The notes under the pieces: model-generated | What the model was told of the DNA's origin: nothing | Seen by the model: the letters and a program-made list of their open reading frames with translations, nothing else | Database searches by the model: none | Assembly: GCA_900550255.1 (NCBI GenBank) | Contig: URQZ01000006.1 | Location: 3,392-67,391 of the forward strand | DNA length: 64,000 bases | Source: an uncultured Mycoplasmatota bacterium | Lineage (GTDB): Bacteria; Bacillota_I; Bacilli_A; RF39; UBA660 | Reading direction: 5' to 3' | Shown here: in pieces, positions 1-9,936 of the stretch | Position numbering within the stretch: the stretch's first letter is position 1 | Layout of the letters: each line of letters begins with the position of its first letter | Position numbers and translations under genes: made by a program

Positions 1-87
1 ACTTTTATATTAATATTTAATCCAATAATAGATTTATTAAATTCCATTTTTATAAATAATCTACACCTTAATTTTACTTTTGGTGTT

Positions 88-2295
88 GTGGTAAGAATTA
101 TCTTTTTATTGTTTTTTATTTATTGTTTATTGAATTTAAAAGAAACAAATAAAAAAAATAAAATACTAATATTTATAATTGGACTTTATTTATTAATGTT
201 TTTAGGTTTGGAATATTTTAATGATAGTACTATAATTTTTATTCAGGAATTAAAAATGAGTTTAAAGACATTTTATTTTCCAATTTGTTTGTTAACGCTA
301 TATACGTTTAAAGATAGAGTGAGAAACTTTGAACAACTTTTAGTTATAAGTATGTTTGAATATATTATTTTAATTTTTATTCCTTTGATTTTACACGTTG
401 GCTTAAAAAGTTATGAAATAACAAAAGTAGGATCAAGTGGCTTTTTCATGTCAGCAAATGAAGTTAGCTGTATTATTGGAATTATAACACCTTTATTTAT
501 TTATTTTATCTTAAATAATAAAAAAAATATCTTTTTTAAAGTTTTAAGTATAATCTTATATTTATATGTTATTGTAACCATTGGCACAAAAGTGCCTTTA
601 TTATCACTTTTTATTACATTAGTGCTATTTGCTTTATGGTATTTTATAAAATTAATAAAGAAAAAAGATTTTATAAAACTATTTTGTTTACTTTTAGTTT
701 CAATAGTTTTTATAAGCTCATCATTTATAATTATTCCTAAAACTAATTTTTATAAAAATATTAAAATTCATATGAATTATCTTCACATAAAAAACGTATC
801 AGATGTAGTAGATAATCCTGAAATAATTGACCATTTTATATTTAGTCAAAGAGTTAAATTTTATCGTGACAATAATAATATCTACAAAAGGGTTTCACCT
901 TTTCAAAAAATATTCGGAATGGGTTATATAAGAGGTTCAAAAAATAAAACTAAATTAGTTGAAATGGATTATTATGATATATTTTATTCACATGGTATTT
1001 TAGGATTTATTATTTATTTTTATATTGTTATTGACATATTAATAAAAGTATTAAAAAATTTAAAAAATAATATGTCGTTTAAAAAATATTCTAAAATAAT
1101 CACTTTGATTTTGATCTTTGTTTTAACACTATTTTCAGGACATGTAATGACAGCCCCATCTGTTAGTTTATATGTTTCACTTATATTTATTTCATTATGT
1201 TCTAAAAAGAAAAATCTTTTATTTACAGCCTATGATTTAAATGTGGGCGGAATTGAAACCGCACTAATTAATTTATTAAAAAGAATAAATTATGATAAAT
1301 ACAATGTAACTTTGATTTTAGAAAAAAAAGAAGGTATTTTATTAAAAGAAATTGATTCAAGAGTTAATGTTGTTGAATATAAAGTATCAAATAGTAATAA
1401 TGTCATAATTCGAAAAAGTTTTAATTTGCTAAAAAGAATTATATATATAATATTAAATAAAAATACTTTTGATTTTAGTTGTTGTTATGCGACATATTCA
1501 ATGATGGGCGCAAAAGTATCAAGAATTTCTTCAGATAATAATTCTATTTATATACATGGAAATTATGTAAATGTTTATCCAAATAATAATGAATTTTTAG
1601 ACTTTTTTAATAAAAGAAAAATAAATGAATTTAGAAAAATATTTTTTGTATCAAAAGAATCAATGCAAGATTTTCTATCAAAATTTCCGAAGTTAGAATC
1701 TAAATGTGTAGTTGTTAATAATTTTGTAGATGAAGAAAAAATCAAAAAACTCGCAACTAAAAAAATAAATATAAAAAGAACAAAAACTATTTTATTTGTT
1801 CTAGTTGGTAGATTAGATGAATCATCAAAAAGAATAACTAGGGCTTTAGAAGTTATGAAAAATTTAAAAAAAGACTTTTCAGTTGAATTATGGATAGTAG
1901 GTGATGGGCCAGATAAAAAGATCTATCAGGATTATATAATCAAAAATAAACTAGAGGAAAATGTAAAACTTTTAGGAATGCAAAAAAATCCTTTTCCATA
2001 TATGAAAGAAGCAGATTATATACTATTAACATCAGAATATGAAGGATTTCCTGTTACATATATGGAAGCTGCTGTTTTAAATAAAAAAATAGTAACAACA
2101 ATTGATGTATCTGATCAATTTATTAAAATTCCAAAAAAACTTGGATTTATAATATCTAAAGATACTAAAAAGATGCAAAAACAAATAAAAGAAATTATTT
2201 TAGATAATAAATTTAAATATCAAAAACTAGATATGAAACAAATGAATAGTGAAAAAATGAAAATGCTAGAAGAAATATTTGATGAGGTGGTATAA
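88..2295 (+). CDS. Membrane O-antigen-ligase/polymerase-like (Wzy_C-type) domain fused to a C-terminal GT4 (GT-B fold) glycosyltransferase. The reading frame is open upstream to position 1, so the gene may be 5'-partial.
   Basis: About 10 N-terminal TM segments with a periplasmic loop '...FYSHGILGFIIYFYIV' typical of Wzy_C. C-terminal half carries GT4 motifs 'LFTAYDLNVGGIETALINL' and 'EYEGFPVTYMEAAVLNKKIVTT'. GTG at 88; in-frame codons run to nt 1 without a stop. Confidence 0.6.
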   Translation: MVRIIFLLFFIYCLLNLKETNKKNKILIFIIGLYLLMFLGLEYFNDSTIIFIQELKMSLKTFYFPICLLTLYTFKDRVRNFEQLLVISMFEYIILIFIPLILHVGLKSYEITKVGSSGFFMSANEVSCIIGIITPLFIYFILNNKKNIFFKVLSIILYLYVIVTIGTKVPLLSLFITLVLFALWYFIKLIKKKDFIKLFCLLLVSIVFISSSFIIIPKTNFYKNIKIHMNYLHIKNVSDVVDNPEIIDHFIFSQRVKFYRDNNNIYKRVSPFQKIFGMGYIRGSKNKTKLVEMDYYDIFYSHGILGFIIYFYIVIDILIKVLKNLKNNMSFKKYSKIITLILIFVLTLFSGHVMTAPSVSLYVSLIFISLCSKKKNLLFTAYDLNVGGIETALINLLKRINYDKYNVTLILEKKEGILLKEIDSRVNVVEYKVSNSNNVIIRKSFNLLKRIIYIILNKNTFDFSCCYATYSMMGAKVSRISSDNNSIYIHGNYVNVYPNNNEFLDFFNKRKINEFRKIFFVSKESMQDFLSKFPKLESKCVVVNNFVDEEKIKKLATKKINIKRTKTILFVLVGRLDESSKRITRALEVMKNLKKDFSVELWIVGDGPDKKIYQDYIIKNKLEENVKLLGMQKNPFPYMKEADYILLTSEYEGFPVTYMEAAVLNKKIVTTIDVSDQFIKIPKKLGFIISKDTKKMQKQIKEIILDNKFKYQKLDMKQMNSEKMKMLEEIFDEVV

Positions 2296-3224
2296 TGCCA
2301 AAATATAGTATAATAATTCCAGTTTATAATACCGAAGCATATTTAAAAAAAAGCTTAGATAGTATTATTAATCAAACATATAAGGATTTTGAAATTATTG
2401 TTGTCAATGATGGAACAAAAGATAATAGTCAAGATATTATTGATATGTATGTGGATAAATATGAATGCGTTAAAAGTATTGTTCAAGAAAATCAAGGATT
2501 AAGTGTTGCTCGTAATAATGGTATAAAAAAAGCTCGTGGTAAATATTTTTTAGTTTTAGATAGCGACGATTACTTTGAAATAGGTCTTTTAGAAGAACTA
2601 AATAAAGAACTTGAAAAAAACGGAAATGTAGATTTAATGAGATTTCAAGTTAGAAATATATCTAAAAACACAATTGATTATCATGAAGAACCCTTTAATA
2701 ATTTGAATGGAATAGAAGCTTTTAAGAGAATAGTGAAATATCATTATGTAGAAAACGCATGTTGCTATTTATATAATAGAGAATACTTTATTAAAAATAA
2801 TTTTGAATATAAAAAAGGGGTTTATCATGAGGATTTTGGATTGACACCACTAGTTATAGAAAAAGCAAAATCAGTATCATCTATCGATTATATTGGATAT
2901 GATTATGTAGAAAGAGAAAACAGTATCATGACAAATAAGTCTTATCAAAAAACAATAAAAAAAGTAAATGATTTTTATGAATGTTATCTTTATGTTAATG
3001 AACAAATAGATAGTTTTCCTGGAGATCATAGTACTTTAAAAAGTTATTTAGCTAATTCAATGTTGATGAAAATAACAGAACTAAATCATAAGGATTATAA
3101 AGCCTTTTTAAAAAAATTGAAAAAAGAAAATATTTTTGATAATTTATTAGTAGATACTTTTTCAAGAAAAATAAAAAAATTGATTATATCAATAAATCCA
3201 AAATTGTATTATAAAAAAAATTAA
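2295..3224 (+). CDS. GT2 family glycosyltransferase
   Basis: N-terminal 'IIIPVYNTEAYLKKSLDSIINQTY...EIIVVNDGTKDNS' and 'LVLDSDDY' (DXD) motifs. RBS GAGGTGG. Confidence 0.85.
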   Translation: MPKYSIIIPVYNTEAYLKKSLDSIINQTYKDFEIIVVNDGTKDNSQDIIDMYVDKYECVKSIVQENQGLSVARNNGIKKARGKYFLVLDSDDYFEIGLLEELNKELEKNGNVDLMRFQVRNISKNTIDYHEEPFNNLNGIEAFKRIVKYHYVENACCYLYNREYFIKNNFEYKKGVYHEDFGLTPLVIEKAKSVSSIDYIGYDYVERENSIMTNKSYQKTIKKVNDFYECYLYVNEQIDSFPGDHSTLKSYLANSMLMKITELNHKDYKAFLKKLKKENIFDNLLVDTFSRKIKKLIISINPKLYYKKN

Positions 3225-3239
3225 CTTAGGAGGTAGAAT

Positions 3240-4175
3240 ATGATAAGTATTATTATTCCTTGTTATAATGCTGAAAAAACAATTAAAAGATGCTTAGAAA
3301 GTGTAATTAGTCAAACATATAAAAATATTGAAATTGTCATTATTAATGATGGTTCTACTGATAAAACCGATTCGATTATAAAAAAATACATAAATGATAG
3401 TAGAATAAAATATTATAATAGAAGCAATCATGGTATAGGAAAAACAAGAAATTTTGGAATAAAAGAAACAACTGGAGAGTATATTACCTTTTTGGATAGC
3501 GATGATTATTTGCCAAATGATGCTATTGACAATTTATATAACTTGGCTCAAAAAAATAAGTTAGACTTAGTAGTTAGTGATTATTATGTAGATAATAAAA
3601 ATATAAAAAGTGAAAAAATAAAATCTTTTCCTATTACTAATGTTAAAAATAATCCTAATTTAATTTTTGATATTAATTTAGCACCTTGGAATAAATTATA
3701 TAAAAAGGAATTGATTGAAAATATCAAATTTGAAGAAAATCTAAAATATGAAGATGCTCCATTTGTTATAGAAAGTATAATAAAGGCAAAAAGAATAGGA
3801 AAACTTGATAAAGAAACTTATTATTATGTTGTTAATCCAAATAGTGAAACAACAATTAGGGATGAAAGAATTTTTGATATATTTAAAATTTTAGATATTA
3901 TTGGAAGGTTAGTAGAAAATAAAAAAGAATTAACTGAAGTTTATAAAACTTTATGTATTAGAATTATTTGTAATTATAATATACAACAAAGATATCAGAA
4001 AAAAATAAAGACAGCTAATCGTTTTATAAATAAAGGATTTTACTATATGAAAAAGGTAGATCCTAAATATAAACATAGTGTATATTTTAAAAATCGTAGT
4101 AAGAATAAAGCGTTGATAGAAAAAAATAAATTTTTAACAAAATTATATTGTTTTATTTATATTAGTTTAAGATAA
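3240..4175 (+). CDS. GT2 family glycosyltransferase
   Basis: 'ISIIIPCYNAEKTI...IEIVIINDGSTDKT' and 'FLDSDDYL'. RBS TAGGAGGT. Confidence 0.85.
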   Translation: MISIIIPCYNAEKTIKRCLESVISQTYKNIEIVIINDGSTDKTDSIIKKYINDSRIKYYNRSNHGIGKTRNFGIKETTGEYITFLDSDDYLPNDAIDNLYNLAQKNKLDLVVSDYYVDNKNIKSEKIKSFPITNVKNNPNLIFDINLAPWNKLYKKELIENIKFEENLKYEDAPFVIESIIKAKRIGKLDKETYYYVVNPNSETTIRDERIFDIFKILDIIGRLVENKKELTEVYKTLCIRIICNYNIQQRYQKKIKTANRFINKGFYYMKKVDPKYKHSVYFKNRSKNKALIEKNKFLTKLYCFIYISLR

Positions 4176-4176
4176 T

Positions 4177-4205
4177 AAAGCCTTGTGTTAATGTGGCTTT
4201 TTTTG
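4177..4205 (+). terminator. Rho-independent terminator
   Basis: AAAGCC...GGCTTT hairpin followed by a T-run. Confidence 0.5.
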
Positions 4206-4245
4206 ATATAATATGTAATGAATATAATGAAAAGGAAGTGTATAA

Positions 4246-4986
4246 ATGAAAAGCAAGAATGCAATAGTAGTAAGTCATGTTAACAAAGATTTTAAACTAT
4301 ACTACGATAGAGCTAATACTTTGAAAGAAAAAATTTTGTTTTTCACAAAAGATAAAAGTAAAAATGATGTTTTACATATATTAAAAGATATTAATTTAAC
4401 AATCAAAAAAGGAGAAAGTGTTGCTTTAATAGGAACAAATGGTAGTGGTAAGTCTACTTTATTAAAATTAATGACTAAAATCATATATCCTAATAAAGGA
4501 AAAATTTCAGTAAATGGAAAACTTACTTCTCTTTTAGAGTTAGGAGCTGGATTCCATCCTGATTTTTCTGGTAGAGAAAATATATATTTTAATTCAGCTA
4601 TATTTGGGTTAACAAAAAAAGAAATAGATGCAAGACTTGAAGAAATAATTGAATTTTCAGAGCTTCAAGAATTTATAGATAATCCTGTTAGAACTTATTC
4701 TTCAGGAATGTATATGCGCCTTGCTTTTTCTATTGCTATAAATGTTGATGCAGATATTTTACTTATTGATGAAATTTTAGCCGTAGGAGATCAACATTTT
4801 CAAGAAAAATGTTTTAATAAATTAAGAGAATTGAAAAAAGCCGGAAAAACAATTGTTATTGTAACGCATAGTATGGGACAAGTTAAACAATTTTGTGATC
4901 GTGCAGTTTGGTTATACAAAGGAAAGATCAGAATGGATGGAAATGTTCCAGATGTATTAGAAGAATATATTAAGGTTTGTGGGTGA
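4246..4986 (+). CDS. ABC transporter ATP-binding protein of the teichoic-acid/polysaccharide exporter type (TagH/Wzt/KpsT-like)
   Basis: Walker A 'GTNGSGKSTLLKL', signature 'YSSGMYMRLAFS', Walker B 'LLIDEILAVGD'. A permease gene follows. Confidence 0.85.
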   Translation: MKSKNAIVVSHVNKDFKLYYDRANTLKEKILFFTKDKSKNDVLHILKDINLTIKKGESVALIGTNGSGKSTLLKLMTKIIYPNKGKISVNGKLTSLLELGAGFHPDFSGRENIYFNSAIFGLTKKEIDARLEEIIEFSELQEFIDNPVRTYSSGMYMRLAFSIAINVDADILLIDEILAVGDQHFQEKCFNKLRELKKAGKTIVIVTHSMGQVKQFCDRAVWLYKGKIRMDGNVPDVLEEYIKVCG

Positions 4987-4990
4987 TTAG

Positions 4991-5764
4991 ATGAATTTGA
5001 TGAAAGAACTTTATAATTATAGAGAATTATTAAAAACTAATATAAAAAAAGATATTAGAGGAAAATATAAGGGGTCTTGGTTAGGCGTTATTTGGACCTT
5101 TTTAAATCCTTTACTACAATTGTTAGTTTATTCTTTTGTTTTTCCTTTTATTTTAAGAATTAACGTTGAAAATTATACTATTTTTATGATTGTTGCTTTA
5201 ATGCCATGGAACTTTTTTACAACGGCAGTTCAACAGGGATGTGGTTGTATAGTTGCCAATGAAGGAATATTGAAAAAAGTGTATTTTCCACGTGAGATTT
5301 TACCAGTTTCAATTGTTACTAGTACATTAGTTAATTTTCTTATAACTTGTATTATTATGTTTGTATTTATAATATTTGGTGGTGTTGGAGTTACTTGGCA
5401 TGTATTGTTATTTCCGCTTATTATTTTAATTCAATATATAATTACTTTAGCGCTTGTTTTTATCTTATCAGCTATTGTAGTTTTCGTAAGAGATGTTGAT
5501 CATTTTGTCGGTATTGTATTGATGCTTGCTTTTTATGTAACACCAATCATTTATACTCCAGATATGTTACCTGCAAAATTTCAATGGGCTATAACTTTTA
5601 ATCCTATTGCTCAATTAATAAATGCATATCGTGATGTTTTATATTATCATCAATTACCTAATATGACTTCGCTTGGTATTGTAGGATTAATTAGTCTTGT
5701 TGCATTAGGACTTGGGTATATGATATTTAAAAAATTAGAAAGAAACTTTGTTGAGGAGTTGTAG
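4991..5764 (+). CDS. ABC-2 type permease (TagG/Wzm-like) of the glycopolymer exporter
   Basis: Six-TM ABC-2 pattern with 'GSWLGVIWTFLNPLLQL'. Immediately downstream of the ATPase. Confidence 0.8.
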   Translation: MNLMKELYNYRELLKTNIKKDIRGKYKGSWLGVIWTFLNPLLQLLVYSFVFPFILRINVENYTIFMIVALMPWNFFTTAVQQGCGCIVANEGILKKVYFPREILPVSIVTSTLVNFLITCIIMFVFIIFGGVGVTWHVLLFPLIILIQYIITLALVFILSAIVVFVRDVDHFVGIVLMLAFYVTPIIYTPDMLPAKFQWAITFNPIAQLINAYRDVLYYHQLPNMTSLGIVGLISLVALGLGYMIFKKLERNFVEEL

Positions 5765-5765
5765 T

Positions 5766-7559
5766 ATGGAAAAAAAATATATACATTATTGTTGGTTTGG
5801 AGATAAACCGCTACCAAAGTTAGCTAAAAAATGTATTAAAAGTTGGAAGAAATATTTACCAGATTATGAAATAATTAGATGGTCTGAAGAAAATGTTGAT
5901 TTAGAGGAATGCCCATTTATAAAAGAAGCTTATGAAAACAAAAAATGGGCTTTTGTTGCAGATTATGCTAGAACTAAAGCAATATATGAATATGGTGGTA
6001 TTTATTTTGATACTGATATGGAAGTTGTTAAGAATATAGATGAATTATTAAATACAGGTAATGGATTTCTTGGTGTTGAAGATTCTCATATGATTGCTTG
6101 TGGAGTATGGTATGAACCAAAAAAACATAGTTATTTGGCTACAGAAATGTTGAAATTTTATCGCAGTCAAAAAAGCTTTGATATAAATAATTTATTTTCT
6201 ATTAGTATTCCAAAAATCATTAGTTCAATTTTAACTGATTATGATGCAACGTTAAATGAAACACAAAAATTAAAACATAATGAAACAATATATAAAAGAG
6301 AATATTTTTATCCATACTCATATGATTTTCAAAACAATATTTTTACAGATGACACATGTATGATTCATTATTATGATGCAAGTTGGGTTCCAAAAGCGGA
6401 ACAAAGAGAAGTAAAAATATATCGTATTTTAGGTAAAAAAAATGGTAGAAAATTTATTAGTCTATGCCGATTTGCTCACCGTGCATTAAGAAAAATAGCT
6501 AGATTTTTATTATATCCACTAATTCTTTATAAAAGAAGAAAGAATATTATAAATAGCGTTTATTTAGAACAAATAAAAACTACAATAAGAAAGATAAATG
6601 CAAATAAATCTGAATACATTGTTTTTCATAACCCTAATTGGTTAGGAGTAACGAGCGCTACAACAGAGTTGTTTGACAATAGAGTAGAATGTGGTGAGTT
6701 ATTACGAAAAAAAGATATTAAGTTAATTGGAAATGCAATTTTAAATAATCAAATAAACCAAATCGTATTTAGTGCAATGTGTGTTGGTTGGAAAGATTTG
6801 GCAATTTATCTAAAAAAACAAAATCCTAATATAAAAATAAAAACTTTTTGGCATGGAAGTCATTCCCAAGTTCTAGAATCTTATGGATGGGATAGAAATA
6901 TGGAAATCTATAAATTGCATAAACAAGGAATTATTGATGTTATGGGATTTTGTAAAAAAAGTTTGATTGATTTTTACAAAAATCAGGGTTGTAATGTTGC
7001 TTTTATAACTAATAGAGTTAAATTACCTAAAATAACAAAATCACAAAAAAAAGAGGATAAATTAAGAATAGGGTTATATGCTTCTGCTAGTAATGTATGG
7101 CATAAAAATATGTTTACTCAGCTTGCAGCAGCATCTATGTTAGATAATGTCATTGTTGATATGGTTCCTTTAAATTCGGACGCAATATCTTTTGCCCAAA
7201 TGCTTGGTTTAGAATTAACTGGAGTTGAACATTCTGTACCACGTAAAGAATTGTTACAAAGATTTTCTAATAATGATTTAAATTTATATGTAACATTTAC
7301 AGAATGTGCTCCAATGCTTCCTTTAGAAAGTTTTGAATCTGGTGTTCCATGTTTGGTTGGTAATAATAATCACTATTTTTGCGACACAGAGTTAGAAAAA
7401 TTCTTGGTTGTTGATAATGAAACTAATATACTAGATATAACTAAAAAAATAGAAAATTGTCTTAACAATAAAGAAAAAATTCTAAATTTATATAAAGATT
7501 GGGTAAAAAATAATAATAAGCAAAGTCAAAAAGACGTTAAAAATTTTATTAACATGTGA
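5766..7559 (+). CDS. Two-domain glycosyltransferase: N-terminal GT32-type sugar-binding DXD domain plus a C-terminal GT-B-like domain
   Basis: 'YIHYCWFGDKPLP...IRWSEEN...DYARTKAIYEYGGIYFDTDMEV' matches Gly_transf_sug/GT32. C-terminal 'LYVTFTECAPMLPLESFESGVPCLVGN' is GT-B-like. Probable start is the ATG at 5766, after GGAG. Confidence 0.65.
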   Translation: MEKKYIHYCWFGDKPLPKLAKKCIKSWKKYLPDYEIIRWSEENVDLEECPFIKEAYENKKWAFVADYARTKAIYEYGGIYFDTDMEVVKNIDELLNTGNGFLGVEDSHMIACGVWYEPKKHSYLATEMLKFYRSQKSFDINNLFSISIPKIISSILTDYDATLNETQKLKHNETIYKREYFYPYSYDFQNNIFTDDTCMIHYYDASWVPKAEQREVKIYRILGKKNGRKFISLCRFAHRALRKIARFLLYPLILYKRRKNIINSVYLEQIKTTIRKINANKSEYIVFHNPNWLGVTSATTELFDNRVECGELLRKKDIKLIGNAILNNQINQIVFSAMCVGWKDLAIYLKKQNPNIKIKTFWHGSHSQVLESYGWDRNMEIYKLHKQGIIDVMGFCKKSLIDFYKNQGCNVAFITNRVKLPKITKSQKKEDKLRIGLYASASNVWHKNMFTQLAAASMLDNVIVDMVPLNSDAISFAQMLGLELTGVEHSVPRKELLQRFSNNDLNLYVTFTECAPMLPLESFESGVPCLVGNNNHYFCDTELEKFLVVDNETNILDITKKIENCLNNKEKILNLYKDWVKNNNKQSQKDVKNFINM

Positions 7560-7567
7560 GGTATAAT

Positions 7568-8506
7568 ATGATAGAAAAAAAGATAAAAAGAATTAAAAAG
7601 GGAGGAACTTTAGTTTTATTTCCTAAGGAATCATGTGAATATCAAGAAACCTTTGATTATATGTTTGAAAACAGTGTTGAAATAAATGAAACTTTAACAG
7701 GTGATACTATTCATGAAATAGCACGAATAATTAATTCAAAAGAATTAGAACAATTAATTTTAATTGATTATATTGATTCATATGGGATTTTGTTACCGCT
7801 TATAAAGGGGAAAACAAATGTCAAATTGATATTTACCAGCTCTGTTGCAAATTTTACTAATACATTTGTTTTAAACAATTTTAAAAAAATTATTAATTTT
7901 TACAATTTTAATTTAATTAAAAAAATTGGATGTTTTGATTATAATTTATATATAACATTGAAAAAGGCAAAATATCGTGTTGAATATATAATGCCAGATA
8001 TAAAGATTAATAAAACAAAGCCAATTAAGTCATCTGACATTGCTATCATAGGTAACGATTATGATCCAAACAATAATTATTATAATATGTTGAGCGCGTT
8101 AAAATTGGTTGATTATAAAAGGGTTAAAGTTAGAATAACACAACCTGTGACACAATCTTTTATAAATTTATTTGATATAAAAGCTGAAAATATAGAAGAT
8201 GAACGAAAATTACAACTAAATAATGAATTAAATCTATATGTGAATTTTACTAATTCAAATATTAGTAAAATTTTGAAGAGTATGGATAGTGGGATACCTT
8301 GTATTGTTGGTAATGTTGAAATGTTTGATGATAATGAATTTTTGAAAAAAATGTTAGTTGTTAAAGGTGATGACAATATAAATGACATTGCATCAAAAAT
8401 TGACGCTGTACGAAAAAATAAAAAATTAATTATAGAAGAATATTTGAAATTTCGAAAAAAATATAGTAAAAAAGCTGAAACTCAATTTAAAAAATTTATG
8501 AAATAA
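7568..8506 (+). CDS. GT-B-like glycosyltransferase-domain protein, a paralogue of the C-terminal domain of the upstream gene
   Basis: 'LNLYVNFTNSNISKILKSMDSGIPCIVGN' parallels 'LNLYVTFTECAPMLPLESFESGVPCLVGN' in the previous protein. ATG at 7568 follows GAGG. Confidence 0.5.
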   Translation: MIEKKIKRIKKGGTLVLFPKESCEYQETFDYMFENSVEINETLTGDTIHEIARIINSKELEQLILIDYIDSYGILLPLIKGKTNVKLIFTSSVANFTNTFVLNNFKKIINFYNFNLIKKIGCFDYNLYITLKKAKYRVEYIMPDIKINKTKPIKSSDIAIIGNDYDPNNNYYNMLSALKLVDYKRVKVRITQPVTQSFINLFDIKAENIEDERKLQLNNELNLYVNFTNSNISKILKSMDSGIPCIVGNVEMFDDNEFLKKMLVVKGDDNINDIASKIDAVRKNKKLIIEEYLKFRKKYSKKAETQFKKFMK

Positions 8507-8521
8507 TGAAAGAGTGAAAAT

Positions 8522-9862
8522 ATGGAAAAAGTAACCGTATTATTTCAGAGTAGTCCTAATTATTCTGGAAATTCAAAAGTGATGTATGATTATATTAAGA
8601 GTAAATATAAAAATAAAATGAATTTGTGTTGGGTTATAGATAATAAAAAAGATTATGAAAATTTGAAAGAAAAACTTAACTGTGTTATGTACGGAAGTAA
8701 AGAAATGATGCAATTAATTTCAAAAGCAAATATTATTTTTACAACTCATGGGCAGTTAAAAGAGTATAAGCATGATAATCAAATTTATGTTAATCTTTGG
8801 CATGGCATAACTATGAAAAAACTTGGCTATATGATATCTGAAAAGAATATGGCTAAGCAAGATCAATTATATTGTGAACAATTACAAATTTGTACTGATT
8901 ACGTTATTGTCCCATCTAAATTTTGGCAATTGATTTTTTGTGCTATATTTAATGTCAATTTTTCTCATGTTTTGCCCCTTGGTTGTCCTAAATTAGATCC
9001 AATTATAAAAGCTGATGGCAAAGGAAATCTAGAAAAATTATTAGGAGAAGAAATTAAAAATTATAAAAAAATAATATATTATATGCCAACTTTTAGAAGT
9101 GGATGTGGAAGAAACGATTCTAATCCAAATTTAAATAATATTTTAAATTTAGAAGAATATAATGAACGTCTATTTTTAGATTATCTAGAAAATAATAATT
9201 ATTTATTATGTATAAAATACCATCCTGAAGAAAAATTGAATTTTAAGTATGATATATCAAATAATATCAAAATAATTGATGAGGAAAAACTTCAACTAAA
9301 TAATTTTTCTGTATATGATGTATTAAATGCGGCTGATTTATTAATTACCGATTATTCTTCACTTGGTTTAGAGTTTTCAATAAGTGATAAACCTGTTATT
9401 TATTTAGATACAGATTTGGAAGATTATCAAAAAAATAGAGGATTAATTTTTGATGACAAAGATTTTTGGTTTCAAGGAAATGATGTTAGCAATATAAAAC
9501 AATTACTTGATAAAATGGAAATTTATTTAAAAAAAGGAAAATACAAAAACAAAATGAAAGAAATATGGTTTGGCAATTTAAAAGATGGTGGTTTAGAACA
9601 AATATGTAATTATTTCTTTACAACAAATGGTTCTATTAATAATCAAATAAAATCAGGTGATAATTTAATATTTATTCAGCATAAGAAAATAGATGATTTG
9701 AATGAAAAAAATAAAAAATTAAATTTAGATAATGATTTTCTTAAAAGGAAAAATAAACAGCAAGAAAATGAATTAAATTTAATATATAATTCAAAATCTT
9801 GGAAATTGATGGAAAAAATTAGAAAAATAAAAAATAAATTTTTTAAATTTGTAAGAAAGTAA
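8522..9862 (+). CDS. CDP-glycerol glycerophosphotransferase (TagB/TagF family)
   Basis: Glyphos_transf hallmarks 'YVNLWHGITMKKLGY', 'IIYYMPTFR' and 'LLITDYSSLGLEF'. C-terminal K-rich coiled-coil tail. Confidence 0.8.
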   Translation: MEKVTVLFQSSPNYSGNSKVMYDYIKSKYKNKMNLCWVIDNKKDYENLKEKLNCVMYGSKEMMQLISKANIIFTTHGQLKEYKHDNQIYVNLWHGITMKKLGYMISEKNMAKQDQLYCEQLQICTDYVIVPSKFWQLIFCAIFNVNFSHVLPLGCPKLDPIIKADGKGNLEKLLGEEIKNYKKIIYYMPTFRSGCGRNDSNPNLNNILNLEEYNERLFLDYLENNNYLLCIKYHPEEKLNFKYDISNNIKIIDEEKLQLNNFSVYDVLNAADLLITDYSSLGLEFSISDKPVIYLDTDLEDYQKNRGLIFDDKDFWFQGNDVSNIKQLLDKMEIYLKKGKYKNKMKEIWFGNLKDGGLEQICNYFFTTNGSINNQIKSGDNLIFIQHKKIDDLNEKNKKLNLDNDFLKRKNKQQENELNLIYNSKSWKLMEKIRKIKNKFFKFVRK

Positions 9863-9882
9863 GTATAAAACTTTCTTTTTTT
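9855..9882 (+). terminator. Rho-independent terminator
   Basis: GAAAGT...ACTTTC hairpin plus TTTTTTT. Confidence 0.5.
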
Positions 9883-9936
9883 GCTGTTTTCTTTTTTAAT
9901 TTTAAATGCTATAATATGGATATTGGAGGTGTTACT

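Noticed and set aside
4302-4484. Short minus-strand ORFs nested in well-supported plus-strand genes (4302..4484, 8113..8388, 13699..13944, 14063..14257, 16113..16304, 19529..19801, 26277..26519, 28177..28455, 28955..29270, 30258..30686, 32843..33178 and others)
   Set aside because: They are low-complexity AT-rich translations fully overlapping genes with clear motifs and RBSs, with no start or RBS context of their own. They are typical spurious ORFs of an AT-rich genome.
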